The position numbers were made by a program, and so were the translations under genes. 64,000 nt of DNA from Coleofasciculus sp. B1-GNL1-01 (lineage in GTDB: Bacteria > Cyanobacteriota > Cyanobacteriia > Cyanobacteriales > Coleofasciculaceae). Under the pieces are notes generated by a model that was not told the origin of the DNA, did no database searches, and saw nothing but the letters and a program-made list of their open reading frames with translations. Of the stretch, positions 1 through 10,241 are shown one piece after another. The stretch is from NCBI GenBank assembly GCA_040220235.1, contig JAVJTO010000123.1; one strand, 5' to 3'. Position 1 is the stretch's first letter, and the number at the start of each line of letters is the position of its first letter.

Positions 1-148
1 GAGGTAAAATTTGGTGCTGTTGTCGGCGAAAATTCCAGGATGCAAGACGGTTATAGTGTAAAAACCTTGCACTTGTTGGGTCGAAAAATGGCTGGAAACC
101 CAAATCTTGTCTACCTTACACGCTTATGCAGCAAGCCCTAAATATGGA

Positions 149-482
149 TTTTAGTCCACTTTAGTGGACTTGAGCTATTAGCCCGGAGTTTGAACTCCGG
201 GCTTCGGGCTTCGGGCTTCGGGCTTCGCCGATATCCGTTAGCGGTTGAATCACAGCTTCATCCAGTCAAAAGTGATCTCCCCAAACAGAGGGGGATCTAA
301 AAGGGAAGGGGGCTGGGGGGTTAGGTTGTCCGAATTCGCCAACAGCATCAGGAACGAAACTCAACGCCCATAAGTTTCTGTTGGGTTTCGCTGTCGCTCA
401 ACCCAACCTACTGGAGGAGGGTACAACTTTTAGTCCATTTTAATAGACTTAAGCGATGAGCCAAGAATTTGAATTCTTGGCG
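149..482. repeat. Cluster of REP-like palindromes and GGGCTTC heptamer repeats
   Basis: Two related double-hairpin units (ttttagtcca…gactt… at ~149 and ~428), GGGCTTC x4 at ~199-227, and gttgggtttcgctgtcgctcaacccaacctac at ~380. Confidence 0.65.
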
Positions 483-579
483 GATGCTGGGGCTGACTGA
501 AAATGGTGCAATATGTGAATTTTAAAAGGGTTTCAATTGGATAATGTCAATTGATTTTACGGCTGATATTATATCATAT

Positions 580-3500
580 CTAACTCCTTTTATTCTCTAA
601 TTGTGCCAATTTATTCTGAGCAAACTCCCTAACTTGCTCATCAGGATCATTTTCGGATCTGTCGCGCAGCAAGGGTAGAGTCTGGGGATGGTTAGGATAT
701 TGTTTGATAAGGATTTCAATTGCTAATTGCCGAGGATTATCTTGCCCATTTTCCTCTCGCAAAAAGGGGTCATTGAGGACGCGATCGCGTAATAATTCAA
801 ATAGCCATGGCTCATTTTTCCAGCCTTGGGCTAATTCTTGCACCGCTGCATATCGCACATATTTATTGTCATCAGATTGGGCTTTTTGTTTGAGAATCGG
901 TAGGGTATCTGGGTCATCTTTCCAGCTTTTGGCTATTTCTTCAAGCACTTCACGTCGCACAAACCCATTGTCATCAGATTGGACTTTTTGTTTGAGCATA
1001 GGCAAGGTATCTGGGTCATCTTTCCAGCCTTTTGCTATTTCTTTTACTGCTGCACTTCGCACAAATCTATTGTCATCAGATTGTACTTTTTGTTTCAGCC
1101 AAGGTAAGGTATCTGGGTCATCTTTCCAGGCTTTGGCTATTTCTTTTACTGCTACCATTCGCAAAAGCCAATAGTCATCAGATTGTACTTTTTGTTTCAG
1201 CCAAGGTAAGATGTCTGGGTCATCTTTCCAGCCTTTGGCTATTTCTTTCACTGCTACACGTCGCACGTTATGATCGTCATCAGATTGTACTTTTTGTTTC
1301 AGCCAAGGTAAGGTGTCTGGGTCATCTTTCCAGCCTTTTGCTATTTCTTCCACTGCTACCATTCGCCCAGCAACACCGTCATCAGATTGGGCTTTTTGTT
1401 TCAGCCAAGGCAAGGTGTCTGGGTCATCTTTCCAGCCTTTAGCTAATTCTTGCACCGCTGCATATTGCACAGACGAATCGTCATCAGATTGTGCTTTTTG
1501 TTTCAGCCAAGGTAAGGTGTCTGGAGAATCATGCCAGGTTGTCGCAATTGCCGTAACCGCTTGGGTGCGAATTTCCCGAACTAACTTGGCTTCCTCTTCA
1601 TAAGGTTCATAATAATAAGGGAAGTCATACTGAATTAACCCCTTAATCTGGTTCAGTAATTGAGTCGCTGTTGATGCAATAACCGAACGATTCCTCACCT
1701 CATTCAGACAAGCCGTCGCTAGAAACACATTAATAAACTTTTCCGCTTCCCCCGACTGATTCCTCAAATAATCGATAATCTCCCCAGCTAACTTTGGTTC
1801 AATCATCCCCACAATCAGCCGTAACACTTCATGCCAAGACTCATCCTGCCAATGCTTGCCAAAAACCTCTGTTTTTAACTCCTCCAGAGAAATGGTTCGT
1901 TCTTTCTCAAACTGCCAAACATATTCCCAGGCGCAGAAATATTCCAAAAATGTCCGATGTACAAACGCATAATAATCTGCCCCCATGAAACATAATATAA
2001 AATTCCGTTCCCGCAGTTGCTTAATCATCACCCTAGCCACCGCCCTGGGATTATTGATATCGAGAGTTTTCAGATAATCCGTCAAAATTCCTTCTAACTC
2101 ATCCGCCGCAATCAGATTACCCGCTAACCCTTTCTCTGCTGCTTGCATCTGATAAGCAACCCGACGCAACATCGCCTGCTTATCTTTATAATCAATCGTT
2201 TGAATTTCTAACTGCTGATGTTCGACTAACGCCCGTTCCACATCCCATTGATGCAGCAATACCCGCGACGCTTGGTTGTATAATTCGGGTCTATCTCTGG
2301 GTAATTCCTGATTGCGATTTAAAATTGCCATCATTGTCAATAGCAGCGGATTTCCGGCGAGTTCGCGAATCGCTTTTGAGGTATCAATTGCCCGTTGCAG
2401 CCGTTCCCGCTTCCTCTGTTTATCCACTTGATCCGTAAACGTTAAATCATGCCAACGGTTAATAAATTCTTTAACCTGAGTTTCCTCCAAATCTTGCAAC
2501 ATAAAATAATCAAACTGGGCATCTCGTAACCGCTGCGGCTTATAGCCAATCACGCGAGACGTAACAATTACCCGCACATCAGGATAATCATTGGTGAAGC
2601 GATGAATATCGGTAATCACATCCTCCCGTTTTCCCGGATCAAATACCTCATCCAAGCCATCAAACAAATCTAATGCTAAATATTGCAATAAGGTAGACTT
2701 ACCCGAACCCGGATCACCGAGAATCACCAGATAGCGATAGTTATCGTTATCTTGAATAATTTCTCTGATAGAACAAATCGGCTGTTGAGAATAAACCTGT
2801 TTATAGTCGGTTAACTCTTCTAGAGATATATCTGTGTCAAGTTGATTACTCTCTCGCAGTCGCCGTTGATGTTCTTTGGGGAGTTCATAAACTTGGGGTA
2901 ATACCTGATGAACTTGTCACACATTTTGGGGAATGAAGACTTGCCAGAGTTTCAGTTCATTATAGGCACAGCCTGTTGTATCTAAACTGGATAAATTTAA
3001 ATGACTGTAGCGTTCCCGTAAGCCTTCTTGATATTTGGTTAAATTAAAATCGGGAGGAATTCTGGCATGGTCTCGAACCTGTTGTTCTATGGATTCTAGA
3101 ATCTCTAATTCTAAAATCGCCTTTAACTCTGGCGAATTGCGGACAATGCGTTTAAATTCTTTGAGATAGGGCTTAGTAATCTCCTCCCAGTTAAACCCAG
3201 TTGGCATATCGGGAGAATAGCGCTGTACCCAGATTATCCTTAATTGATTGGCGTCTATGACTCGGCAATCTTTTTCAAAGGCTTTTCCTAAGAGGGGTTT
3301 AACGTCATCGTCTTTGATAAACCGTTCAATTACTATTTGATAGGTGTCTCGGACTTCAGCTTCGGTTAACTCACATTCAAATAATAATTCATCTTCGATG
3401 AGTTTCAGGAATTGCTGTAAGGCTTCACCCAGCGCTTTTTTCAGGACATCGGGTTGGGCGGATTGCACTCCGGCTTTAATGCTGTCTTTGAAAAAATCTT

Positions 3501-3603
3501 TTACATAGTCTTCCAGCGCTTCCTTACCCAGTTTTAGAAGGATCTCCTTTAGGACTAAATCTTTGAGGATAGAAACGCCCAGCGCTGTCCAAAGTTCCAC
3601 CAT
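580..3603 (-). pseudogene. NACHT NTPase + HEAT-repeat (NLR-like) protein, disrupted
   Basis: ORFs 2917..3603 and 580..2727 are in one frame, split by a single TGA (…FIPQNV*QVHQVLPQ…). Walker A GDPGSGKST is followed almost at once by Walker B LFDGLDE, implying an internal deletion. C-terminal 31-aa HEAT-like repeats. Confidence 0.8.
800..1540 (-). repeat. 93-bp coding tandem repeats (31-aa HEAT-like units)
   Basis: About 7-8 near-identical units encoding W(K/H)D(D/S)PD(T/I)LPxLKQKxQSDD followed by a variable segment. Confidence 0.9.
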
Positions 3604-3945
3604 GCTGCTATGACTTAAGGATGGTTTATGGTTTATTATACACCCCTTCGGATATACGATGATCAGCCATAGTACGTTTTCCCTGATAGCGGTGCAAGGG
3701 TATAAAAGGGTTTAACCCTTTTTCCTTGAACAGGAGCAAATATCAATGCAACTCAAAGCCTTGATAGCTAAGGGTTTGGGAGTTGTGCAGGAAGCCCTAA
3801 TTACATGTACGGCGTGGGTATTTATTGTATTCTTAAATAACTGCAATATCTTAGAGATTAAGCTTCAAAGCCAACTACAAACAGTAGAGACGTTGCATGC
3901 AACGTCTCTACTCAAGTTTCAATTCAGTTGGAATGCCATCAGTCG

Positions 3946-4290
3946 TTAATGAGTTGCCAGTCCAACTTCTGTCGCTGAACGGTACAACATCGAAAGCTGA
4001 CGGTTTTTGAGGACTCGTTGTTGCTTGCTCATCCGCGAACGAGCTTTATCTTGACTGGAAACTAAAGTGGGTGCTGTTTCTGGTGCAACACCATTATTAG
4101 CAACAGTCCCCGGTGTTTGATAACGAACGCCGCGATATTGCAGGTTGACTCGTGGTTGTAACACTGGCGGATTTTTCAAATTGCGGAATCGCCAGTCCCA
4201 ACCCCGGTACTTACCACCAGCCTTTGATTCGACAGTTTCTACCGTAGGGGCATTGTATTCGTATTTGTTACCGCGATAAGTAAGTTTCAT
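3946..4290 (-). CDS. gifB: Glutamine synthetase inactivating factor IF17-like (DUF4278 N-terminus + IF7-like C-terminus)
   Basis: MKLTYRG…/YRGVRY DUF4278 motifs. C-terminal QDKARSRMSKQQRVLKNRQLSMLYRSATEVG matches the IF7/IF17 core. Upstream riboswitch and NtcA box fit. Start moved to ATG 4290. Confidence 0.85.
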   Translation of the reverse strand: MKLTYRGNKYEYNAPTVETVESKAGGKYRGWDWRFRNLKNPPVLQPRVNLQYRGVRYQTPGTVANNGVAPETAPTLVSSQDKARSRMSKQQRVLKNRQLSMLYRSATEVGLATH

Positions 4291-4325
4291 GGTATTCGCC
4301 TCGTAATGTAACTGTAGTGAGATGA

Positions 4326-4419
4326 GGCGCGTTCCTTCGGGAGTTGTCCCTACTTCCGTCTCCCTAATCATCCTTCACGGCTAATTGCTAACTGACTGAT
4401 GTCTAGAGAGATGAACGAT
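4326..4419 (-). ncRNA. Glutamine riboswitch (glnA RNA motif)
   Basis: Minus strand reads ATCGTTCATCTCTCTA…TAGGGAGACGGAAGTAGGGACAACTCCCGAAGGAACGCGCC, matching the glnA motif hallmarks (CGTTCA, GACGGAAGTAGG, CCGAAGGAACGC), in the 5' UTR of gifB. Confidence 0.9.
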
Positions 4420-4430
4420 TCATTTGTTCT

Positions 4431-4444
4431 GTATCTATTGTTAC
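4431..4444. promoter_or_regulatory. NtcA binding site (GTA-N8-TAC), probably repressive for gifB
   Basis: GTATCTATTGTTAC, 11 bp upstream of the riboswitch, so it overlaps the expected start/-10 region. NtcA repression of gif genes is established. Confidence 0.8.
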
Positions 4445-4552
4445 GGTTTTTTCAGGAATTGTCAACCTTTTAACAAAACTTTACCTTTTGAGGGTTTCCT
4501 GGGTGATTGTCTAACGCCACAATTTCCAGTATCAGGCGCTAAGGTGATTAGT

Positions 4553-5020
4553 ATGAGTGATCAAAGTAAAGGATTCAAAGTTGTTGCCGATAATCGGCAA
4601 GCACGCTTCCGCTATCATATTCTAGAGTCTTACGAAGCGGGCATCGAACTCAAAGGGACAGAAGTTAAGTCCATTCGCGAGGGTCGGGTCAATTTGCGAG
4701 ATGGGTACGCCCTGATTCGCAATGGCGAGGCTTGGCTGCTGAATGTACACATCTCACCGTATACCAGTAGCAGTCTCTACTTCAATCACGATCCGCTTCG
4801 CACCCGTAAACTGTTGCTGCACAAGCAGGAAATCAGCAAACTTGTGGGCAAAGTCGAACAACAGGGGTTGACCCTGATACCGTTGAAAATGTATTTGAAG
4901 CGAGGTTTGGTGAAAGTGAGCCTGGGTCTGGGTAAAGGGAAAAAATTATACGACAAGCGCGAGACCATTAAGCGGCGTGACGATGAGCGTAGAATGGCAC
5001 GAGTCGTTAAGAGTTATTAA
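4553..5020 (+). CDS. smpB: SsrA-binding protein
   Basis: NRQARFRY…EAGIELKGTEVKSIREG…RTRKLLLHKQEI…GKGKKLYDKRE. ATG at 4553. Confidence 0.97.
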   Translation: MSDQSKGFKVVADNRQARFRYHILESYEAGIELKGTEVKSIREGRVNLRDGYALIRNGEAWLLNVHISPYTSSSLYFNHDPLRTRKLLLHKQEISKLVGKVEQQGLTLIPLKMYLKRGLVKVSLGLGKGKKLYDKRETIKRRDDERRMARVVKSY

Positions 5021-5074
5021 GCCCACCGATCAGAATTTGAGGGCATAGTGCGTGAATTAACTCCCTCATCTTCT

Positions 5075-5671
5075 CTATCTACCTAACTGTTCCCGAACCA
5101 GATCTCGGTTTCGTTGTGCTTGTTCATAGTCGGGATCGAGTTCAATGGCACGCTCAAAGGCAGTGAGAGCCTCTTCGTAGCGCTGTAAAAGATACAGCGT
5201 TACACCACGATTTAGCCAAACTCTGGCCTGTTTATCGTCGATTTCCAGGGCGCGATCATGAGACGCTAAGGCGTCTTTATACTGCCCCAGTTGTCCTAAA
5301 GCCACACCTCGATTATCCCAGGCGGCTAAATAGTTAGGGTTGATCTCCACAGCTTTGTCAAAGGATGCTACCGCGTCTTCATATCGTTGTAGTTCGGTCA
5401 TCAGTAGTGTGCCTCGGTTATACCAGATTGAGGCATCATTGGAATTAATCGCGATCGCGTTATCGCAAGCCTCCAATGCTTCCTCGCCTGTGAGTTCATA
5501 ACAGCGATCAAACCAGTAATCAAAGTCATTCGCCTCTTGCACCAGTAATTGTGTAACTGGGATCACCGATTTAGGGTTAATTTGGGGCAATTTGGCGGCT
5601 ATCGAGGGCGGGGAGAATTGAGCCAAAATCGCTGTTGTTGTTAAAAGTAGACTTAAAGAAAAAGAGTTCAT
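5075..5671 (-). CDS. Exported TPR-repeat protein
   Basis: N-terminal signal-like segment. TPR units WYNRG/WDNRG/WLNRG…A(V/L/I)E(I/L)xP. Confidence 0.88.
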   Translation of the reverse strand: MNSFSLSLLLTTTAILAQFSPPSIAAKLPQINPKSVIPVTQLLVQEANDFDYWFDRCYELTGEEALEACDNAIAINSNDASIWYNRGTLLMTELQRYEDAVASFDKAVEINPNYLAAWDNRGVALGQLGQYKDALASHDRALEIDDKQARVWLNRGVTLYLLQRYEEALTAFERAIELDPDYEQAQRNRDLVREQLGR

Positions 5672-5691
5672 GGCATGATCAGGGGTGAAGA

Positions 5692-7320
5692 TTACCAGGT
5701 CACTCGCCCATCTAACTGCTGAAGTAGATGAGGTCCGATACCTGAGACTTGGTCTAAGTCGGCTAATGACGTGAATGGCTTTTGCGATCGCGCGGTAATA
5801 ATTCGCTCAGCCAGTTTGGGTCCGATTCCGGGTAGCGTTTCCAGTTCTTCCTGGGTGGCGGTGTTGAGGTTGACTATTCCCCTAAAACTTGGAGCGTTCG
5901 GATCTTCTGCCTGAGTAATCTGGGGACAGGATTGCTGCTGGTTCTGAATACTGCGCTGCACCGCCACCGGAACCCCCAGTATGGCATTCGTGTAGAGGCG
6001 CTGAAATTCACGTTCAAAATGGGCAGCGACTAAATGACTATCAATTACTAACAGCGTCTCGTCGTTTTGAGTATTGGCTGATGCTGACCAATTATGAGAC
6101 CCGGTAATCACTATTTCCCGATCTACCACCCCAAACTTATGATGTAACAGATCCCCTGATGGCAACTGGGGAACACCGACTGTAGCGATCGGATCGTGCC
6201 AAGGGCGATTACGGGCTTCATAGCGACATTGATTACTCAGCGCCACACCTAATAAATCCAGTCCTTCGCTGTAGTAGCGATAGGCAAAACTGGGGTCGAT
6301 TAACGCCTGCACTTGGACACCCTGTTCATGGGCAGTTTGTAACTGATCTGCCAATCGCTGTTCGGAAAAGACAAATAATGCTAGTTCAATAGTTTGGGCG
6401 GCACTTTGCAGGATTTGCTCAATGAAACCATTACTGCTTTGACTCCAGGGTTGAGTCGGTGACGTAGGCGAAAACTTGACCGCCAGGGTAGTATCTCCGA
6501 GTGTAACCTTTTGTATAGGACGTTGTAACTTTTTGAGACCAAACCGACTATCGGGTGCGCCACCGGATCCATCTCCCCACATCTGGTTAAATTCTTCTGT
6601 AAAGGAATTCGCTAATTCCACACTCTCAATTTTGAGGAGATTGTTGGCATTACCCCGACTATCCGGTGCTTGAAAATCGCCATGAATATCACTGGTGGTA
6701 AAGTTAGCGGATGTCACTATAACCGTATATCCATCCACAACAACAAACTTATGGTGCATTAAGCCGCTACCTTGAGAGCCATCAGCAGTATCGTCTAGTA
6801 TAGGAACGCCAGCATTGCGTAAAATAACGAGAGCATCCCGTTGATTAATTTCAGCAGGGGTCAGCTTGCCATCGTTATTACGGTCAATTAACCGTAAATT
6901 CTCTCGAGCGCGATCGCGTTCCCGAGACGGAAGTTTGGCAATTTCTTCCGGCGATACTTCACTCCAAGGGCGGTTGTAGGTATTTTCTACGATCACCCTG
7001 ACCCTAACCCCCGCTTGATGTCGGTTGACCAAAGCTTGAGCAATTTGTGGCAAGCGCAATTCTTGGACAGCAACATCGACCGTGGATTGAGCCGTCGCGA
7101 TCGCTTGGGCAATAATCTGCTCTAAATTATCGCCCGGTCGAGTCACTAAGCGATAGGGTTCCTTGTAGGTTGTCGAGGGGGAATGGTTAAAGTAGACCTG
7201 AACAAAGGGATCTTGCGGTAAGGGAGGCGGACGGTGAACTTGAACTGGAGGAGGTTGACAAGCGGACAGAGTTAGTACAATAAGCCAGATGATACCTTGA
7301 TGCCAGTATGATTGTGTCAT
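5692..7320 (-). CDS. comA: Phospholipase D-family nuclease with C-terminal ComEA helix-hairpin-helix (cyanobacterial competence protein ComA-like)
   Basis: Lipoprotein-like LTLSAC. Two HxKxxxxD motifs (HHKFVVVD, HHKFGVVD). VNLNTAT…LPGIGPKLA…VSGIGP HhH domain. Confidence 0.8.
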   Translation of the reverse strand: MTQSYWHQGIIWLIVLTLSACQPPPVQVHRPPPLPQDPFVQVYFNHSPSTTYKEPYRLVTRPGDNLEQIIAQAIATAQSTVDVAVQELRLPQIAQALVNRHQAGVRVRVIVENTYNRPWSEVSPEEIAKLPSRERDRARENLRLIDRNNDGKLTPAEINQRDALVILRNAGVPILDDTADGSQGSGLMHHKFVVVDGYTVIVTSANFTTSDIHGDFQAPDSRGNANNLLKIESVELANSFTEEFNQMWGDGSGGAPDSRFGLKKLQRPIQKVTLGDTTLAVKFSPTSPTQPWSQSSNGFIEQILQSAAQTIELALFVFSEQRLADQLQTAHEQGVQVQALIDPSFAYRYYSEGLDLLGVALSNQCRYEARNRPWHDPIATVGVPQLPSGDLLHHKFGVVDREIVITGSHNWSASANTQNDETLLVIDSHLVAAHFEREFQRLYTNAILGVPVAVQRSIQNQQQSCPQITQAEDPNAPSFRGIVNLNTATQEELETLPGIGPKLAERIITARSQKPFTSLADLDQVSGIGPHLLQQLDGRVTW

Positions 7321-7655
7321 TGAATCTCGATTAGATTCATTTATTGCTTTGATTATTTTTTATCATCTACGGGGACACAAACCTAGTAGGCTGTCCATGG
7401 AAATTGATCGATTGAGACAAGCCGGAGAAGCTAGGAAAGTATAACGTACAGGGGACTCTGAGGCATTTGGCTAAAACGGCTGATCGGTGTTTTTCTGATT
7501 TAGTTGAAAATAAGGCTCAAGGATTTGTCCCTATTGAACTAACATAAAAATACAATGGACAACTTAAATCACGTTTTCCACAACCTGAATGGGGGAAATC
7601 ACTATCAGGAAGATAACATGGTCAAGTCTAGGGTTTGAACCCATACCACCGTTCT

Positions 7656-8036
7656 ATGTCGAGACGAAAAAAGACATTTCCGTGCGGTCATAAGGGGTAT
7701 GGTCAAACCTGCCACCGATGTGAGCAAGAAAACAAAGCACGGGAAGCTAAAAAGCAACAAAAGCAAGAATGGGAGTCTACTTTTGACAACGATCCCATTG
7801 ATTTAAAGGATTTGCCCACCCATGTCGTGGTCAAAGCCCGTGCGATTATTGCCGGATTGGAAGAACAAAAGAACTACCGAGAGTTTGGCGGTAAGCGACT
7901 ACGCCACAATCGCTGGATTGTCAGTATCCCGGTTACCCGTAACTACCGAATGATTTGTCATGATTACGGGAGTTTGTTGGTTCCCTACGCTGTCTTGTCC
8001 CACGAGGACTACAATGTGGATAAACCCGGTGAGTAG
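7656..8036 (+). CDS. Small protein with Cys/His Zn-binding-like N-terminus and possible RelE/ParE-like C-terminus
   Basis: FPCGHKGYGQTCHRC, then GKRLRH…SIPVTRNYRMI…LSHEDYN. ATG at 7656. Fold is inferred. Confidence 0.6.
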   Translation: MSRRKKTFPCGHKGYGQTCHRCEQENKAREAKKQQKQEWESTFDNDPIDLKDLPTHVVVKARAIIAGLEEQKNYREFGGKRLRHNRWIVSIPVTRNYRMICHDYGSLLVPYAVLSHEDYNVDKPGE

Positions 8037-8038
8037 AC

Positions 8039-8211
8039 GGAGATGGGGGAGATGGGGGAGATGAGGGAGATGAGGGAGATGGGGGAGATGAGGGAGATGA
8101 GGGAGATGAGGGAGATGAGGGAGATGGGGGATTTAACTCAAAACACTTCCTGTTCCCCGTTCCCTGACAAATGACGAAGGACAAATGACGAAAGACGAAA
8201 GACAAATGACA
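8039..8211. repeat. 9-mer GGAGATG(A/G)G tandem array plus ACAAATG-type heptamers
   Basis: About 10 nonamer copies at 8039-8131. Degenerate GACAAAT/GACGAAA heptamers at ~8166-8211. Confidence 0.9.
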
Positions 8212-8219
8212 CTATAACT

Positions 8220-9395
8220 ATGCAAATCTATCTCGATTACAGCGCCACGACACCCCCCCGCCCAGAAGCGATCGCGGCGATGCAAGGGGTATTGACTCAG
8301 CAGTGGGGTAATCCCTCTAGCTTACATGAGTGGGGACAACGATCTGCCACTGTCGTGGAACAGTCGAGAATGCAAGTGGCTGGCTTAATTAATGCGCCAG
8401 CAGATGCGTTGATTTTTACCTCAGGTGGCACAGAGGCAGATAATCTAGCCATTATGGGGATTGCCAAAAATTACAGGACACCCCAGCATATTGTGGTTTC
8501 TAGCGTGGAACATTCCGCGATCGCTCAACCTGTGCGTTGGTTGGAAACCTGGGGCTGGCAAGTGACTCGATTGTCGGTGGATAGTGAGGGGCGAGTCAAT
8601 CCCCGTGACTTGGAAGACGCCCTACAACCGAATACGGTATTGGTTTCTGTAATTTATGGTCAAAGTGAAGTGGGGACGTTACAACCCATTGAAGCATTGG
8701 GTCAAATTGCTCAGGATCATGGGGTACTGTTCCATACCGATGCGGTACAAGTAGCTGGACGATTGCCCATTGATGTGCGACAGTTGCCTGTGGATTTGCT
8801 GTCAATGTCAAGTCACAAGATTTATGGACCTCAAGGAGTGGGGGCGCTGTATGTACGTCCTAGACTTGAATTAGTGCCACTGTTGTGGGGTGGGGGACAG
8901 GAAATGCAACAGCGTTCAGGAACACAGGCTGTTCCCGCCATCGCTGGGTTTGGTGTCGCCGCTGAATTAGCAACAGCCGAACTAACAACAGAAACACCTC
9001 GGTTAATTCAGTTGCGCGATCGCCTATTTTATCAACTCAGCGACATCCCTTACTTAAAACCCACTGGTTCGCTGCGACACCGCTTGCCTCATCATGTTAG
9101 TTTTTGCCTAACCAATATCCCAGCCTCTCAATTGGAGGGAGTAACAGGCAAAACGATGGTGCGTCAACTTAATCTGGCAGGGATTGGCATTAGTGCGGGT
9201 TCTGCCTGTGATAGTGGCAAACTGAATCCCAGTCCGATTTTATTGGCAATGGGTTATGGTGAGTCAGAGGCATTGAGAGGTATTCGCTTGACGTTGGGAC
9301 GACAAACCACGGCAGCTGATGTGGATTGGACAGTAATGGTACTCAAGCAGGTTCTAGCCCGGTTATTGCCAAAACCCGTACTATTAAACGTTTGA
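8220..9395 (+). CDS. Cysteine desulfurase (NifS/IscS family)
   Basis: YLDYSATTP, GNPSSLH, FTSGGTE, HTDAVQ, SSHKIYGP (PLP Lys), SAGSAC (catalytic Cys). Confidence 0.95.
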   Translation: MQIYLDYSATTPPRPEAIAAMQGVLTQQWGNPSSLHEWGQRSATVVEQSRMQVAGLINAPADALIFTSGGTEADNLAIMGIAKNYRTPQHIVVSSVEHSAIAQPVRWLETWGWQVTRLSVDSEGRVNPRDLEDALQPNTVLVSVIYGQSEVGTLQPIEALGQIAQDHGVLFHTDAVQVAGRLPIDVRQLPVDLLSMSSHKIYGPQGVGALYVRPRLELVPLLWGGGQEMQQRSGTQAVPAIAGFGVAAELATAELTTETPRLIQLRDRLFYQLSDIPYLKPTGSLRHRLPHHVSFCLTNIPASQLEGVTGKTMVRQLNLAGIGISAGSACDSGKLNPSPILLAMGYGESEALRGIRLTLGRQTTAADVDWTVMVLKQVLARLLPKPVLLNV

Positions 9396-9576
9396 CTCCG
9401 GTTGTGATACCAAATCCGGGGAACGCTACCCCCGTTATAACCCAGTCCGCGCAGGCGGACTACCCTTCGGGAAGCTTCGCATACATTTGTGTAGCAGTGA
9501 TTTCAATCGCCTCCTCTTGCTGGGGAGTGTCAATCCTTTCCCACTGCTGATATAATTTGTTATGCTAAACAAAGTT

Positions 9577-9648
9577 GCTGGTGTAGCTCAGTGGTAGAGC
9601 AGCTGATTTGTAATCAGCCGGTCGCAAGTTCAAATCTTGTCACCAGCT
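9577..9648 (+). tRNA. trnT: tRNA-Thr(TGT)
   Basis: GCTGGTG…CACCAGC acceptor stem, TAGCTCAGTGGTAGAGC D arm, anticodon arm GCTGA-TTTGTAA-TCAGC, GTTCAAAT T loop. No encoded CCA. Confidence 0.96.
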
Positions 9649-9870
9649 TAGTACTATTTCTAGATGCAGATAGGTTGCACGAAGATGGCTAAGTGGGTTC
9701 CTCGTGGCTACCCAATTTACCCTGCTGGTTGATGAAAAGCAGATTCAACCTGACCAGAAATTTCGTGGTAAGATGGGTATCTGTACTGAACAGACCAAAA
9801 TACTGATCGCTCAAAAGTATTCAGTAGAGTTTCAGATCCTGTTTTTCAGATAAAAGTAAGTAAACTATAG

Positions 9871-9993
9871 ATGGATATCAAACTGATTTTAGTGGTCTTA
9901 ACCATTCTTTTTACCGTATCCTCTCTCATTTTTGGCACTAAGAACGGGTTCTACGATTCAGATAACTATCACGGCAACGGTTCAGCCCACTAA
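9871..9993 (+). CDS. ndhP: NDH-1L complex small subunit NdhP (40 aa, below the ORF-track cutoff)
   Basis: Hand translation MDIKLILVVLTILFTVSSLIFGTKNGFYDSDNYHGNGSAH: one TM helix plus the characteristic FGxxNGFYDxDxYHGNGSAH tail. Confidence 0.93.
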   Translation: MDIKLILVVLTILFTVSSLIFGTKNGFYDSDNYHGNGSAH

Positions 9994-10241
9994 TCTGGGA
10001 TAAGCTAGCCCAGATATTTACGACATCATATTGAGCAGTAGCATGCTGCTTATATACCGTCTGCTTGTATACCGTCAATACACTCGTTGATAGAATCAGC
10101 TTTTCTAGACAGTTAACCGAAAAGATTAGGCTAAAAATGCTGAGGAATAAGGTTTAGAAGCATTGTCGATGTATTTATCGTTCTTCAAGTGAGTTGGTTG
10201 TCAAGCAACTGGCAAAGCGCAGAACCGTCTTCTCAAAGTTC

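Noticed and set aside
1..140. Possible IS/MITE end (…ATGCAGCAAGCCCTA; similar at ~3785-3799)
   Set aside because: The partner end and any transposase are not visible in the window, so the element cannot be defined.
704..1988. Plus-strand ORFs opposite the HEAT gene, and antisense ORFs within the TpsA, fbaA, caspase and ABC genes
   Set aside because: Shadow frames of real genes with no independent motifs.
4291..4371. N-terminal extension of the gifB ORF
   Set aside because: It overlaps the glutamine riboswitch. The DUF4278 motif starts at ATG 4290.
4424..4552. N-terminal extension of SmpB in the ORF track
   Set aside because: It covers the NtcA box and promoter region. SmpB similarity starts at ATG 4553.
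4990..5075. tmRNA next to smpB
   Set aside because: No ssrA-like tRNA-domain ends are visible nearby.
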